A stretch of DNA of 64,000 nt from Verrucomicrobiota bacterium (GTDB lineage: Bacteria > Verrucomicrobiota > Verrucomicrobiia > Limisphaerales > UBA11358). Where the stretch lies: NCBI GenBank assembly GCA_049510295.1, contig JBEKZC010000004.1, positions 4,224-68,223 on the forward strand, written 5' to 3'. Shown in pieces: positions 27,501 to 35,700 of the stretch. The position numbers and the translations under genes were made by a program. How positions within the stretch are numbered: position 1 is the first letter of the stretch; each line of letters starts with the position of its first letter. The notes beneath the pieces are model-generated. The model did no database searches. It was given only the letters and a program-made list of their open reading frames with translations, and had not been told where the DNA came from.

Positions 27501-28486
27501 AACGAGATTCAATAACCGCGAACGCGTTGCGGGTTGATACGATTTTTACCGCTGTCGGTGTTGACAACGTCAAGTCGCTGCTCGAAACCATCGCCGATAT
27601 TATCATAGTCCGATATCAGTTCCGGGTAGAGGTTCCACTAAACATTGTGTTCAGTGAGAATTTTCCTGTTGTAGAAAATCCGCTCGCGCACAACCGTCAT
27701 CGCTTGCGTGAGATGCTGGCTAGTCCCGAGTTGAAGGTGTATTTTGACCGGTTCGTCGGGCTAGTCCCCGCGATCGACGAAGCAGTGGTGCCGGAGGTGA
27801 AAACGGAGTCACTTAAAAATCCTATTTTCATCGAGGCGAATTGCGCCGTGCTGTTTGTCGATCGTCGTCAATGGTGCTATCGCTCCAAGCGTGATCACAA
27901 AGAGGAGCCAAACTTTGGGAACCAGTTTGCTTTTACAGAGTCGTTCTTGCCTCTTCACATGAGGAAGCTTTGGGTCCACAATATGGCTCATGCCATCATT
28001 GGCTACTTGGGGTATTTTTCCGGTCATCAATTTGTTTACGATGCCGTGATGGATCAAAAAATCAAAGAACTTACGATTCGAGCGATGCGTGCGGTCGGGC
28101 ATGAACTCTACCGTCGCTGGAGTTATCGAGAAACCAAGCAGCCAACACTAGCGAAATACATCAGTTGGCGATGGGAGCGCTATTGCAATAAAGCATTAAA
28201 AGACCCGGTGACACGGCTGTGCCGAGATCCCGAGCGAAAGCTAAAACGAGACGATCGTCTCGTTGGTGCTGCGAACTACTTACGCCGATACGCGGGACGA
28301 ACGAAGGAAACGGATCAGGCCATTGTCGATATCCTTACCGGAGTAGTAGCTGCAATTCATTATGCAGAGAAAAACATCGGTACGAACCCAGAAGTGTTGT
28401 ATGCGCAAGTGACCCGCGATCTTGTGAATATTGACTCGGAATTAATGAATCGTGCCAAGGCAGCATTCCGCATGTTCTGCCATTGA
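24563..28486 (+). CDS. 1307-aa fusion protein: ASKHA sugar-kinase (ROK/glucokinase-like), two SIS domains and a mannitol-dehydrogenase-like domain
   Basis: Kinase motifs: LIDIGGTKVNLVL, VLAVGQPGRF, CANDGRCQFLG, YLGLGTGLGAGFG. SIS 1: VQFIGIGKSHSIGRDLAYIYNNLGI..VFLISNSGHAAE. SIS 2: IFFTGAGASLRVAEKIAATLTSIGI..VIISFSGETRQL. C-terminus: Rossmann MIFGMGGIGLAYLAPIF plus ..LWVHNMAHAIIGYLGY.. as in the MtlD family. Confidence 0.7.
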   Translation: MATKMTCPVNKETVRAAKEAVRLVGFGLGNLMYRIYRGEIHKSDWNATDRENAKGTDVFLLGGSICTNGYTQQLLPLIAQRQLLSIDPDFAGKVRIFTPYMESGHAGAFGAYFMALTEHVRKELRSKAEDIYARNKVPILPLIDIGGTKVNLVLAYLDQEGELTLDILESHRYVTPISEPEVFYPRLASLLAAPLAAIRSNDLFELIPVLAVGQPGRFEDPKGEIGIGTAKDLGPKFPGCVPSKLLARSLQPDFGDIDVYCANDGRCQFLGIGVLGRKSELQRWKDLHDHKVAYLGLGTGLGAGFGKIDKDGYVKPFSMHNAFDILADKKLEELPASEHVAKPVLSMPYQYGDLLSGKFFRKFMRDVDLTRFDNGQPTLFLACSSAGCLIGQRTQERALLAADVRISPLNAVLLNEILAEEVVTAKTEEIVERSRQELERELYRTLDIMADELGKTLRDNVRGCAYADVIEQVACVKRRGRRVQFIGIGKSHSIGRDLAYIYNNLGIDSASCELTGANSENLTNLHEDDLVFLISNSGHAAELLQLVPYIHRKRCLTVALTGDKTSPLADWCSYFVNTHVNVNPHPIPEAPTTSTMSALAAGTAIGMVVSYLFDYDANDFFLDHPNLQFNVEFPVSGVRADAAFDRLTKVEDIFQRFAASIGGLRDDHEFVPTMISLTQRILASHYNGRTIFFTGAGASLRVAEKIAATLTSIGIDASAVNSAQLPHGDFAHIRHGDLLVIISFSGETRQLLHIHEVAQDKKVDCVVITAKRNSSLARKSPPGLCLIAGEGADDTDLCAIPDQKLLSSFINLTVGDALAVILGQVLGRTTQDFMYEGHRGGVAARAQARLDDKLLSELGEDLAHQIASNPEKLAEINNPPAGKVAIPVTGEHLISYDRRSSGPSVGSEVMIFGMGGIGLAYLAPIFSKLGKKILFVEKDRERIRTMQQVGFRYDVRCVGDCEECMANIAIGRVSVISSEERDSITANALRVDTIFTAVGVDNVKSLLETIADIIIVRYQFRVEVPLNIVFSENFPVVENPLAHNRHRLREMLASPELKVYFDRFVGLVPAIDEAVVPEVKTESLKNPIFIEANCAVLFVDRRQWCYRSKRDHKEEPNFGNQFAFTESFLPLHMRKLWVHNMAHAIIGYLGYFSGHQFVYDAVMDQKIKELTIRAMRAVGHELYRRWSYRETKQPTLAKYISWRWERYCNKALKDPVTRLCRDPERKLKRDDRLVGAANYLRRYAGRTKETDQAIVDILTGVVAAIHYAEKNIGTNPEVLYAQVTRDLVNIDSELMNRAKAAFRMFCH

Positions 28487-28523
28487 TGCTCTTTGCACCG
28501 AAGGCAGGTGATTGCTTTCACAA

Positions 28524-28553
28524 AAAGGCAACGAATAGGGGTTCGTTGCCTTT
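28524..28553. terminator. Conserved hairpin of HTH1 unit 1 (bidirectional terminator-like)
   Basis: aaaggcaacgaa/tagggg/ttcgttgccttt. A T-run follows on the minus-strand reading, and the hairpin lies 38 nt after the stop of the 1307-aa gene. Confidence 0.55.
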
Positions 28554-28555
28554 GG

Positions 28556-28852
28556 CTATTTTGGACGTTGTTTCGTCAATGTCGCGAACGGGTCATAACC
28601 CATATACGCGATAATTCGAGCGTGATAGGGAACTGTTGGAAACAGCCGGTCACATTCCCAAAGACTCAGAGACCTTGGGCTAACCCCAAGCATTCGAGCC
28701 GCTTCCGATTGCCGGATTCCCGCGCCAAACCGTTTCTTCTTGAGATGTTGGCCGAGGGTCGTAGGCTCTTTTGCGATTGGAAAACTGCGAGTCCAAACCG
28801 GTGCTACGTCTTTGCGCGGCACGCTCACAAGCCTGTCGCAAAAAGGCAACAT
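28556..28852 (-). CDS. Small XRE-like HTH protein, HTH1 copy 1
   Basis: 98 aa: MLPFCDRLVSVPRKDVAPVWTRSFPIAKEPTTLGQHLKKKRFGAGIRQSEAARMLGVSPRSLSLWECDRLFP.. Confidence 0.65.
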   Translation of the reverse strand: MLPFCDRLVSVPRKDVAPVWTRSFPIAKEPTTLGQHLKKKRFGAGIRQSEAARMLGVSPRSLSLWECDRLFPTVPYHARIIAYMGYDPFATLTKQRPK

Positions 28853-28859
28853 CGCGCAC

Positions 28860-28972
28860 CGACTTTATTGGGGTCAGTTGCATGAACTTGTGATTGCATC
28901 CCGCTCGTGTTGAATTACTTGTAAACCCCTCAAAAAAGGCAACGGTCGGGGTTTTCAGAAATTCCGCATTTC
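28860..28972. repeat. Junction right-arm repeat (module B start)
   Basis: cgactttattggggtcagttgcatgaacttgtgattgcat..ttgaattacttg..aaaaaggcaacggtcgggg..tttcagaaattccgcatttc is homologous to 37965..38080. Its first 39 nt are also homologous to 22758..22796. Confidence 0.7.
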
Positions 28973-29537
28973 TGATGATTAGACCCAGTCCTCAAACTGA
29001 CTCTCTGGTGATTCGAAAAGGTAAATCCAATCAGATTCGTTTTCTGTCGAGGCAGTGGCGCACGGCGGGGACAAGCGTTTGCGGTGATATGAACGAGGAA
29101 TAGCCTGGTGAGGAGTCGGCTCTGTCTTACGAAGTCGAGAAATGAAATAGGCTAAGAATGGAATCCCGGCTGGTTTCAATTAAACATCCCTTGCATTAAC
29201 CCTTGAATATGTTATGAAATCACCGCCTCAAAGTGACCGGTTTTGATTCGACCCCGGCTGGCTGGTTTTGAAGTGACCGGTGACAAAAATTGGTTAGCCG
29301 AGGAATCGAGAGGGGAATGTCCCCGAACACCCGCCTCACACTCCCTGAAACAGTGCCGACTGAAACTAAATTAAGTTAACCTATTGCAGCCTCGACCCCA
29401 AAGATTTCTGGTGCCAAACATATTTGACAACACCGGTGCCAATACAAATGAATTCAACGTAGTAAATTGACTGTGTGATGCAACACCGCGCGTCGATAGT
29501 GCCAGAATAAACATGAACGCTTCTTATGTCTTCACAT

Positions 29538-31202
29538 TTACATAACAATTCCTTTTTCTTTAAGATCATAAAGGCAAGTAAGAACGTCAGGAAATGCTTC
29601 CTTGGGCTGAATTTGATAACGTCTGGCAAGGAGGGCTGCGATGGAGGCAGGCGTGCGGCTGCCGTTGCAGAGCCCAATAATCTCCCGCGCTGTTCGATTA
29701 ATAACGACACTTTCTCGCTGATTAACTGCCACGTATTTTTCGCCGACCTTTCGTAGCAAGAGGCCACTTGCCTGTTGTGGTCGCAACTTCTCCGCATCTG
29801 CCCAAGGTCCGGAGGCGTCTAGATATTGACACACGAGATTCATAAAACCTTTACGTTCCGCTTCTGATAATACAGCAATTGCCATCTCAATGGTGCATTG
29901 AATATAACGACATTGTTCTGGCACTGGTACTGAAACGCAGCCACTATCCATGTACGCATCGTGGTAACACATGCCACCACAATATTGGCGTGCCCAACAT
30001 GCGGAACAACTCGCATTTTCAGCGCCCATTATTATCTTATCTACAGGCGATGCATCATATCCTGTGAAAACTGTCCCCATATGAAATTTTGGTAGATCAA
30101 AGAAGCGATGACAGAGACAGTACTCACCCGTAGCAGAAACTCCTAAATATGAACATCCAGCGCCGCACACCTGTCTCGAACGCCGTCCATAAAGTGCACG
30201 GCGAAGCCAATTTGCACTCTGAATGTCCCCGGAGTAGCCGGCGGCAACAACATCATCACAGAATGCAGTAAAGAGCGCCTCATAGGAATCCCGCAAGGCG
30301 GGAAGATCGTTTTCTTGGAGATTAAACTCTGGTTTCCCCGCCACAAACGCGGGGACGAGGGCAACTCTGCGAACACCCAGCCCTTGTAAGTAACGATAAA
30401 TCCCCGGCAAATTAAGATTGAGACGGCTAAAAGTGGCACGGATCATTACACGGTCAGTATCAGTTCCCATGATTCGCAACAGCATACTAAGCTTTCTCGA
30501 TGCAACGTCAAATATGCCCTGACCATTCGGGAATAATCTCATGCGATTAGTTGTTTCAGCGTTTCCATCAAGGCTGAACAGTACTGCAATGTGATGTTCA
30601 TGGATGAATTTAGCAATCTCCTCTATCAGCATTGTTCCATTGGTTGTGAGTCCGAATGCAATATGGCATTTCTGCTCCTTAGCCTTTTGTTCGCCATAGA
30701 GAACAAGTTCCCTCATGACTGAATAATTCAGTAGCGGTTCTCCACCGAAGAAAGATACATTGTGCCGAGATGATGGCTCATCAATAAGGCGATCAATTGC
30801 GGCTTTGCCGATTTCGAGGGACATGTCGACAGAAGACGATCCCTCGTGCTGAGCACTGAAGTAACAATATTTGCAGCATAGATTGCATCGCCTGGTAAGT
30901 TCAAGGGAAAGATAATTAACTGGGTTTCGGCAGCTCCCCGCCCTTAAGCTCAATATTTTTGAATTAACCAATCGGCTTGCTGTGTGTTCTAACGGCTCTG
31001 ATGTAATACCCGCGGCCGACACTCCTCGGGTTTCATACAAACTCTTCCATGCTCCGGACGTAAGCAACAGTTCTTCGTCTGGAGTAAGACAAAGAAAAGT
31101 CCTCGTCTTACTGTTAACGGCAAAAGATTTCTGCCCTCTGCGATATATATGAATATCTTGCATCCCAGATAGTAACCCGTCACCCATCCGGCACCCATGC
31201 AA
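29538..31202 (-). CDS. Radical SAM / SPASM maturase with a C-terminal PqqD/RRE-like domain
   Basis: 554 aa with CxxxCxxC (RRCNLCCKYCYF), SPASM Cys clusters (..CSACWARQYCGGMCYHD..) and a C-terminal ..VVINRTAREIIGLCNGSRTPASIAALLARRYQI.. PqqD-like segment. Confidence 0.8.
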   Translation of the reverse strand: MHGCRMGDGLLSGMQDIHIYRRGQKSFAVNSKTRTFLCLTPDEELLLTSGAWKSLYETRGVSAAGITSEPLEHTASRLVNSKILSLRAGSCRNPVNYLSLELTRRCNLCCKYCYFSAQHEGSSSVDMSLEIGKAAIDRLIDEPSSRHNVSFFGGEPLLNYSVMRELVLYGEQKAKEQKCHIAFGLTTNGTMLIEEIAKFIHEHHIAVLFSLDGNAETTNRMRLFPNGQGIFDVASRKLSMLLRIMGTDTDRVMIRATFSRLNLNLPGIYRYLQGLGVRRVALVPAFVAGKPEFNLQENDLPALRDSYEALFTAFCDDVVAAGYSGDIQSANWLRRALYGRRSRQVCGAGCSYLGVSATGEYCLCHRFFDLPKFHMGTVFTGYDASPVDKIIMGAENASCSACWARQYCGGMCYHDAYMDSGCVSVPVPEQCRYIQCTIEMAIAVLSEAERKGFMNLVCQYLDASGPWADAEKLRPQQASGLLLRKVGEKYVAVNQRESVVINRTAREIIGLCNGSRTPASIAALLARRYQIQPKEAFPDVLTCLYDLKEKGIVM

Positions 31203-31240
31203 TAAAATTGAAAAGCTATGGGTTAATTACAATTCATTCA

Positions 31241-31471
31241 TCAGGCAGATTCCCCGTCGCATGGGCGACATTCGAAATGGTCGCCGCAACCGGCACATTC
31301 CAACACTTGCCCGCAGTTTGTGCACGGTCTCTCGCTAGAGGGGCAAATGGTGCATTCACATTCCACATTCACATTAGGAGGTGTGGTTTGTTTGATGCCT
31401 TTCGCTATGCCACCAACATCTGGTTTTTCATAGGTCGGCTTTGATTTATTGCATTTCTTTGAGTTTCTCAT
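31241..31471 (-). CDS. Cys-rich precursor-like peptide (76 aa)
   Basis: Strong SD (ggaggga) 5 nt before the ATG at 31471. MRNSKKCNKSKPTYEKPDVGGIAKGIKQTTPPNVNVECECTICPSSERPCTNCGQVLECAGCGDHFECRPCDGESA. It ends 38 nt upstream of the rSAM start. Confidence 0.65.
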   Translation of the reverse strand: MRNSKKCNKSKPTYEKPDVGGIAKGIKQTTPPNVNVECECTICPSSERPCTNCGQVLECAGCGDHFECRPCDGESA

Positions 31472-31545
31472 CGTCTCCCTCCAAGAGTATTGCCCGGTCC
31501 GCCGCCGGAAATTTGGCTTCGATGTTTTGAATTAATTAAGCGGAT

Positions 31546-31581
31546 ATTTCCCACATATGACCCGACATTTCCCATATGACC
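31546..31581. promoter_or_regulatory. Tandem operator-like repeat upstream of the precursor gene
   Basis: atttcccacatatgacc and atttcccatatgacc lie 4 nt apart, each centred on a catatg palindrome, about 75-110 nt upstream of the precursor ATG (minus strand). Confidence 0.3.
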
Positions 31582-31798
31582 TACGCTCGCCACTGTCGCG
31601 AAGCATTTGGTTTCATTGGCCGTCATTTTATCCTCGCTGCCTGTGTCCGCAAGCTTATTTTCCTATCTCAAGGCCGGATTGTTACCTCCGGGATCGTCGT
31701 TCTTCCTTGCAAACGGGCTCCATCGCGAATTTTGACCAATCATCGGCACAATCCTTCCCTCAGCCCGCACTCCTTCCCCCTATTTCGTTCCGTGGGCA

Positions 31799-32191
31799 TC
31801 AGCCCGGTACCGGTGTGGGCAACCGCAGGTGCCCAATCCGCTCCAGAATCGCTCGGAATAACTCACGCGGAATCGCCACTTCCGCCATCTGGAAGATCAC
31901 CTGCCGGGCATGGCGCACCACCTTCGCGCCGATCTTGATCAGTTTCTCCCGCAACGTCGTCAGCGGCAGCTTGGTGTCCTGAAACACCGTTCCCGCCAGC
32001 ACCGAAGTCTGGTGCCGGCAATCCTGACAAAGCCACAAGCCGCGTTTCATCGGCCAAGTGCGCTGGCTTGCGCAGCGCGGACAACGCAAGCCCTCCGGCC
32101 AGCGAAACGCTTGAATATAGGCCAAACAATCGGTCTCATCGTGAAAACGCTGTTCCAGTTCCATCCATGTTCGCGGGTAGTCTTCGTTCAT
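31799..32191 (-). pseudogene. Chimeric transposase remnant (IS1595-type zinc-ribbon N-terminus fused to an unrelated transposase C-terminal tail)
   Basis: N-terminus ..DCLAYIQAFRWPEGLRCPRCASQRTWPMKRGLWLCQDCRHQTSVLAGTVFQDTKLPL.. is the IS1595 N-terminal domain. The tail ..KLIKIGAKVVRHARQVIFQMAEVAIPRELFRAILERI.. resembles the extreme C-terminus of IS1380/IS4-type DDE transposases. There is no catalytic domain. Confidence 0.6.
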
Positions 32192-32323
32192 ATCCGAAAA
32201 CTCTACCCGTTGTGCCTGGTTGAGTCATGTGCATACCCCTATGAAATGATTAAATATTGAAAGGTTGGGCCTCTTTTTTCGTATCAGACGAATGGAGAAC
32301 GCAGGCGAAGAATCATTGGGGTT

Positions 32324-32539
32324 ATGGCGCGGGCGGCCCAGCTCAATAATCTTCAACAGTGGCTGAAAATAGCTGAGAAATCAACCTACAGCGCCCGTGT
32401 CTTGTCGAAAAAACTGGAAGTCTCCCCACGGCAATTGCGGCGTTATACGCACGCCCGTTTTGGACGCAGACAGCACGAAAAATTCAGCCCTTCTCCCGTG
32501 AGTTGCGCGAGAATGGCTGACTACGAGCGGCGGAAATAG
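32324..32539 (+). pseudogene. AraC-family HTH fragment
   Basis: 71 aa: ..YSARVLSKKLEVSPRQLRRYTHARFG.. is a single AraC-type HTH repeat with no ligand domain. Confidence 0.4.
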
Positions 32540-32561
32540 CCGCCAACGGCGTGTTCATTCA

Positions 32562-32771
32562 CGCGAGAACCACTCCCAAATTATTTAACACGACATCGAT
32601 CGGATTCACCAAAGTGATGCCGGATTGGTTATCCGTGGCGCATACCAACCCCACAGGCTGTAATGTTGCAGCGTCAACGACGAGTGACCCCGAATCGCCT
32701 TTCTGTGCGAACGGCTGACCATTCACACCTTCAATGAGCCCGGTGTTTGGGCCCGGTGTTGACCAAGCAGG
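32562..32771 (-). other. 70-codon stop-to-stop frame encoding a GDSGS serine-protease-like C-terminus; overlaps the S8 stop
   Basis: I translated this by hand: PAWSTPGPNTGLIEGVNGQPFAQKGDSGSLVVDAATLQPVGLVCATDNQSGITLVNPIDVVLNNLGVVLA*. It has no ATG and is offset by one nt from the S8 frame. Confidence 0.3.
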
Positions 32772-35700
32772 TCATACCTCCAATTGTAGTGTTGGAGACC
32801 GTCATCTGTGTGGCGTCCACCTTGAAGACTCGCGCCTGTTTGGTCTGCGAAATGAACTTCAAGTTGACCATTACATCTTCGCCGGGATTGATCGGAATAC
32901 CTTTGATGTAAGTGCCGGCGGCGTTGAGCACCTGAAAAACAATGCGGCTCCTCGATATTTCCATCGGGTAAGCGTCCTCAAGCAACAGCCTGTTGAGGCG
33001 CAAGAGGTCGTCTCCTTCCGGGTTCTGCGTGAGGAGTAGTTGTGTTTCCGGACGCAAAACCACACCCGCAAAACGCTGAGCATCATAGATTGATTGGCCC
33101 CGAATGATCCTGTTAAAGTCCTTTACGAGTGCTGTTTGAGAACTGGGGTCGTGGTCTGTGCCCTGGTATTTCGCCAGAGTTTTCAGCGTCGCCGCAGACA
33201 ACCGGCCCTTGAGGTAGAGGGAAACAGCGTCTGCCGGCTGCTTTAATCTGCTGGCAAGCGATGGCAGATTGACGAGGTCACCCACTGAAAAAGTCGAGGA
33301 ACCAATAATGCTCGTCTGCCTGTCGGTGACAAGCTTGAAGCCCGTGCCCTGCGCGCCAGCTCGCAACCAGCGCTGGTGGAGGGTTGGGCCGAGGTCAAAG
33401 AATATTTGGCCTTTGCCCAGGAACGTATCCGATTTCGTTGTGGGGAGCGCTCTCAGCCGCAGGTTATAGACCACAGCGCTGGTCCCCGAGCCGACAGGGT
33501 TGCGCATGATGAAGCTGTAGATAATTGGTGTGTTGGGTGGTGCTGTCACGATCTCCATGTTGCGCCAGGCGATGTTGTTGTTTTCACCCGTATTAAAGTT
33601 GACGTCGCTGGTCAATTGCGCGTGGAGCGGGTCCTGGCCGGAAACCCATTGGGCCATGATGCAAATGTGGCCCGTGCTGGGGGGATGCCAGAGAATGTTC
33701 ACAATTTGATCCGAATTCGCCGGGACCGTCGTCGGAATATCAGCAAACCAGTTCCACTGGTTAGGCCAGGACAAACTGCTGGAGCCGTAAGCCCAATACA
33801 ACTTCACCACTCCCGTGGCCGTCACGGACGTCGGGACCCTGGTGGTTCCGTGGTTCCACAGGTGGACATTGATGTAGTTGTCCACTCCGTACTCCGGTTG
33901 CTCGTAAGTTTGTGTACTGTCAGGAGCCGGATCCAGGCGGTTCCAAATGTCCGGGCTTTCCCACATGTTGGCAGTATTGTTGACATAGTTAGGATTCGGT
34001 TCGGTCCCATTATCAGCGGCATCGTCGCGAATGTAAACGTCGGCTACCGGCGTGGTTGCCTGTATGGCATTGTAAATCACCAGAGCAAAATCCTGGTTGA
34101 CAGGATTTGTATTGCCTGGGATGGCGCCGGCGGCAAGGTTGTTTGCGGTAACCGTGACTGTGATGGGATTGGTGACACCCGCTGGCAGAAAAACATTCTC
34201 GACATTGTTCTTCGTGTCCGCGGACCCGCCGGGGGTGGAATATTGGCCGCTAAACACATTGCCCAGATATGTGCCACCAGCCGTAACTGTGAGGTTAAGG
34301 TCATTGACATAGGCGTTGCCCGTGGTATTGCCGGGAGCATCGCTCCACACCAAGGTAACACGCAAGGGCTTGGTGGTATCGTAAACCGACAACGTGCCAG
34401 GATAAGTGTAGCTTGACCCCGAGCTATTGAAGATTTGGGTCTGGTCCACCAGCAACCGCGGGAGGCCATCGAAGGCCAAGCCCAAATCCACGTCACCCCA
34501 ACCAAAGTTGTCGCTCGGCAGGGTGTCGGTTCCATAGTTGCCTGATGCCATATAGCGGGCACTGTTGATCACCAAGGCCTTCAACATCGCTGGGCTGGGA
34601 GTTGTCGGATTCCCTTCATTTTGGTAGCTCAATAAATTGTGATAATTCTCGTAAATTAGAGAAGCCGATCCGGCAACAGCCGGCGTGGCTTGGCTGGTGC
34701 CGGAACACATGGCGTACCACGTCTGGCCAGGGGGGTAATATTGTAAGCAAACGCTGCCTCCATTATAACCCGGATCTTGGGACGCAAGCCCCTGTATTTT
34801 CGTGCCGGGTGCCATAATGTCCGGCTTATACCGTCCGTCTGCGGTCGGACCACGCTCTGAAAAATAGGCGACGTTGTCCGCGTTCGACGCTGTATCGGGC
34901 CAGCAATTCCCATTACCATAAACCGGTGGAACAACGCGCACGTTTTCAGTCGCTCCCACAGTCAACACGTTTTTTGCCGAGCCGGGACTAGCAACCGTGG
35001 AGGGAGGGGCTGGCGTCATGGTATTATTACCATCGTTTCCAGCCGCGAAAACATCCAGCATCTCGTGCAAGGCGGCGGGGCTGGAATTGGAAGCGTTGCG
35101 CGTGAGACTGTCATAGGCCTGGTCCTCCGCATTGTACACTCCGTAGGTTGATGCTCCCCAACTGTCGGAAGTCAGGCCGGCCCCGTGGCCATAGCTGTAG
35201 CCAACCACGCCTGCGTCACTCTGGCTGGTGTAATCGCCCGTGTTGCCGAATATCTTCGTCCCGGCCACCCGGCCAAGGGGTGAAATACCCATGCCGATAT
35301 TATAGCCATTGGTATCAATCGAATCGGGCGAAAGAGTCCCGGTATCGTAAGCCGCGACAATGCCGGCATTAAGGTTCCCGTGTCCCTGCAGGCCGTCCCC
35401 CAAGGGATCACTCGTGAGGCTGCCGATGTACGCGATGCGGGATGCATTGTTGGTAATGCCAAAATAATAAAAGTCCGGATGGCCTGGAGAGGCCGCTTGG
35501 CCGTTATCCACCCCGTCATCCACAACATCCACGATGGGATAGTTGGTCGGGTTCAGGGGAAAACCCTTTGAGACAAGCCACAGCCGGTAGGGGGTATAAG
35601 TGGCATTGGTTGTCGGTTGGGGAACGATGTTTACACCGGAGGTCACCACGTTGCCGGCGACGATCTGGCCCTGCACTTCGTCCTGAAGGGTCGGAGAAAT

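Larger units (their letters stand above)
22758..28859. mobile_element. Module A of the array (HTH-fusion gene plus 1307-aa multidomain gene plus HTH1 unit)
   Basis: The left arm 22758-22796 matches the arms after the internal junctions at 31 of 39 positions. The right end is HTH1 unit copy 1. Confidence 0.5.
28515..28859. repeat. HTH1 unit copy 1 (~345 bp: hairpin, small HTH gene and junction)
   Basis: Near-identical to 37618..37964 and 42295..42641. Confidence 0.85.

Noticed and set aside
29225-29285. Duplicated aagtgaccggt motif in the non-coding DNA of module B
   Set aside because: There are only two short copies with no dyad symmetry or gene context that I can interpret, so I did not raise it to a finding.
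29505-29530. A 12-nt identity (atgaacgcttct) with the start of the 434-aa HTH gene at 23103
   Set aside because: It is too short to distinguish from chance. The downstream reading frame stops after 10 codons.
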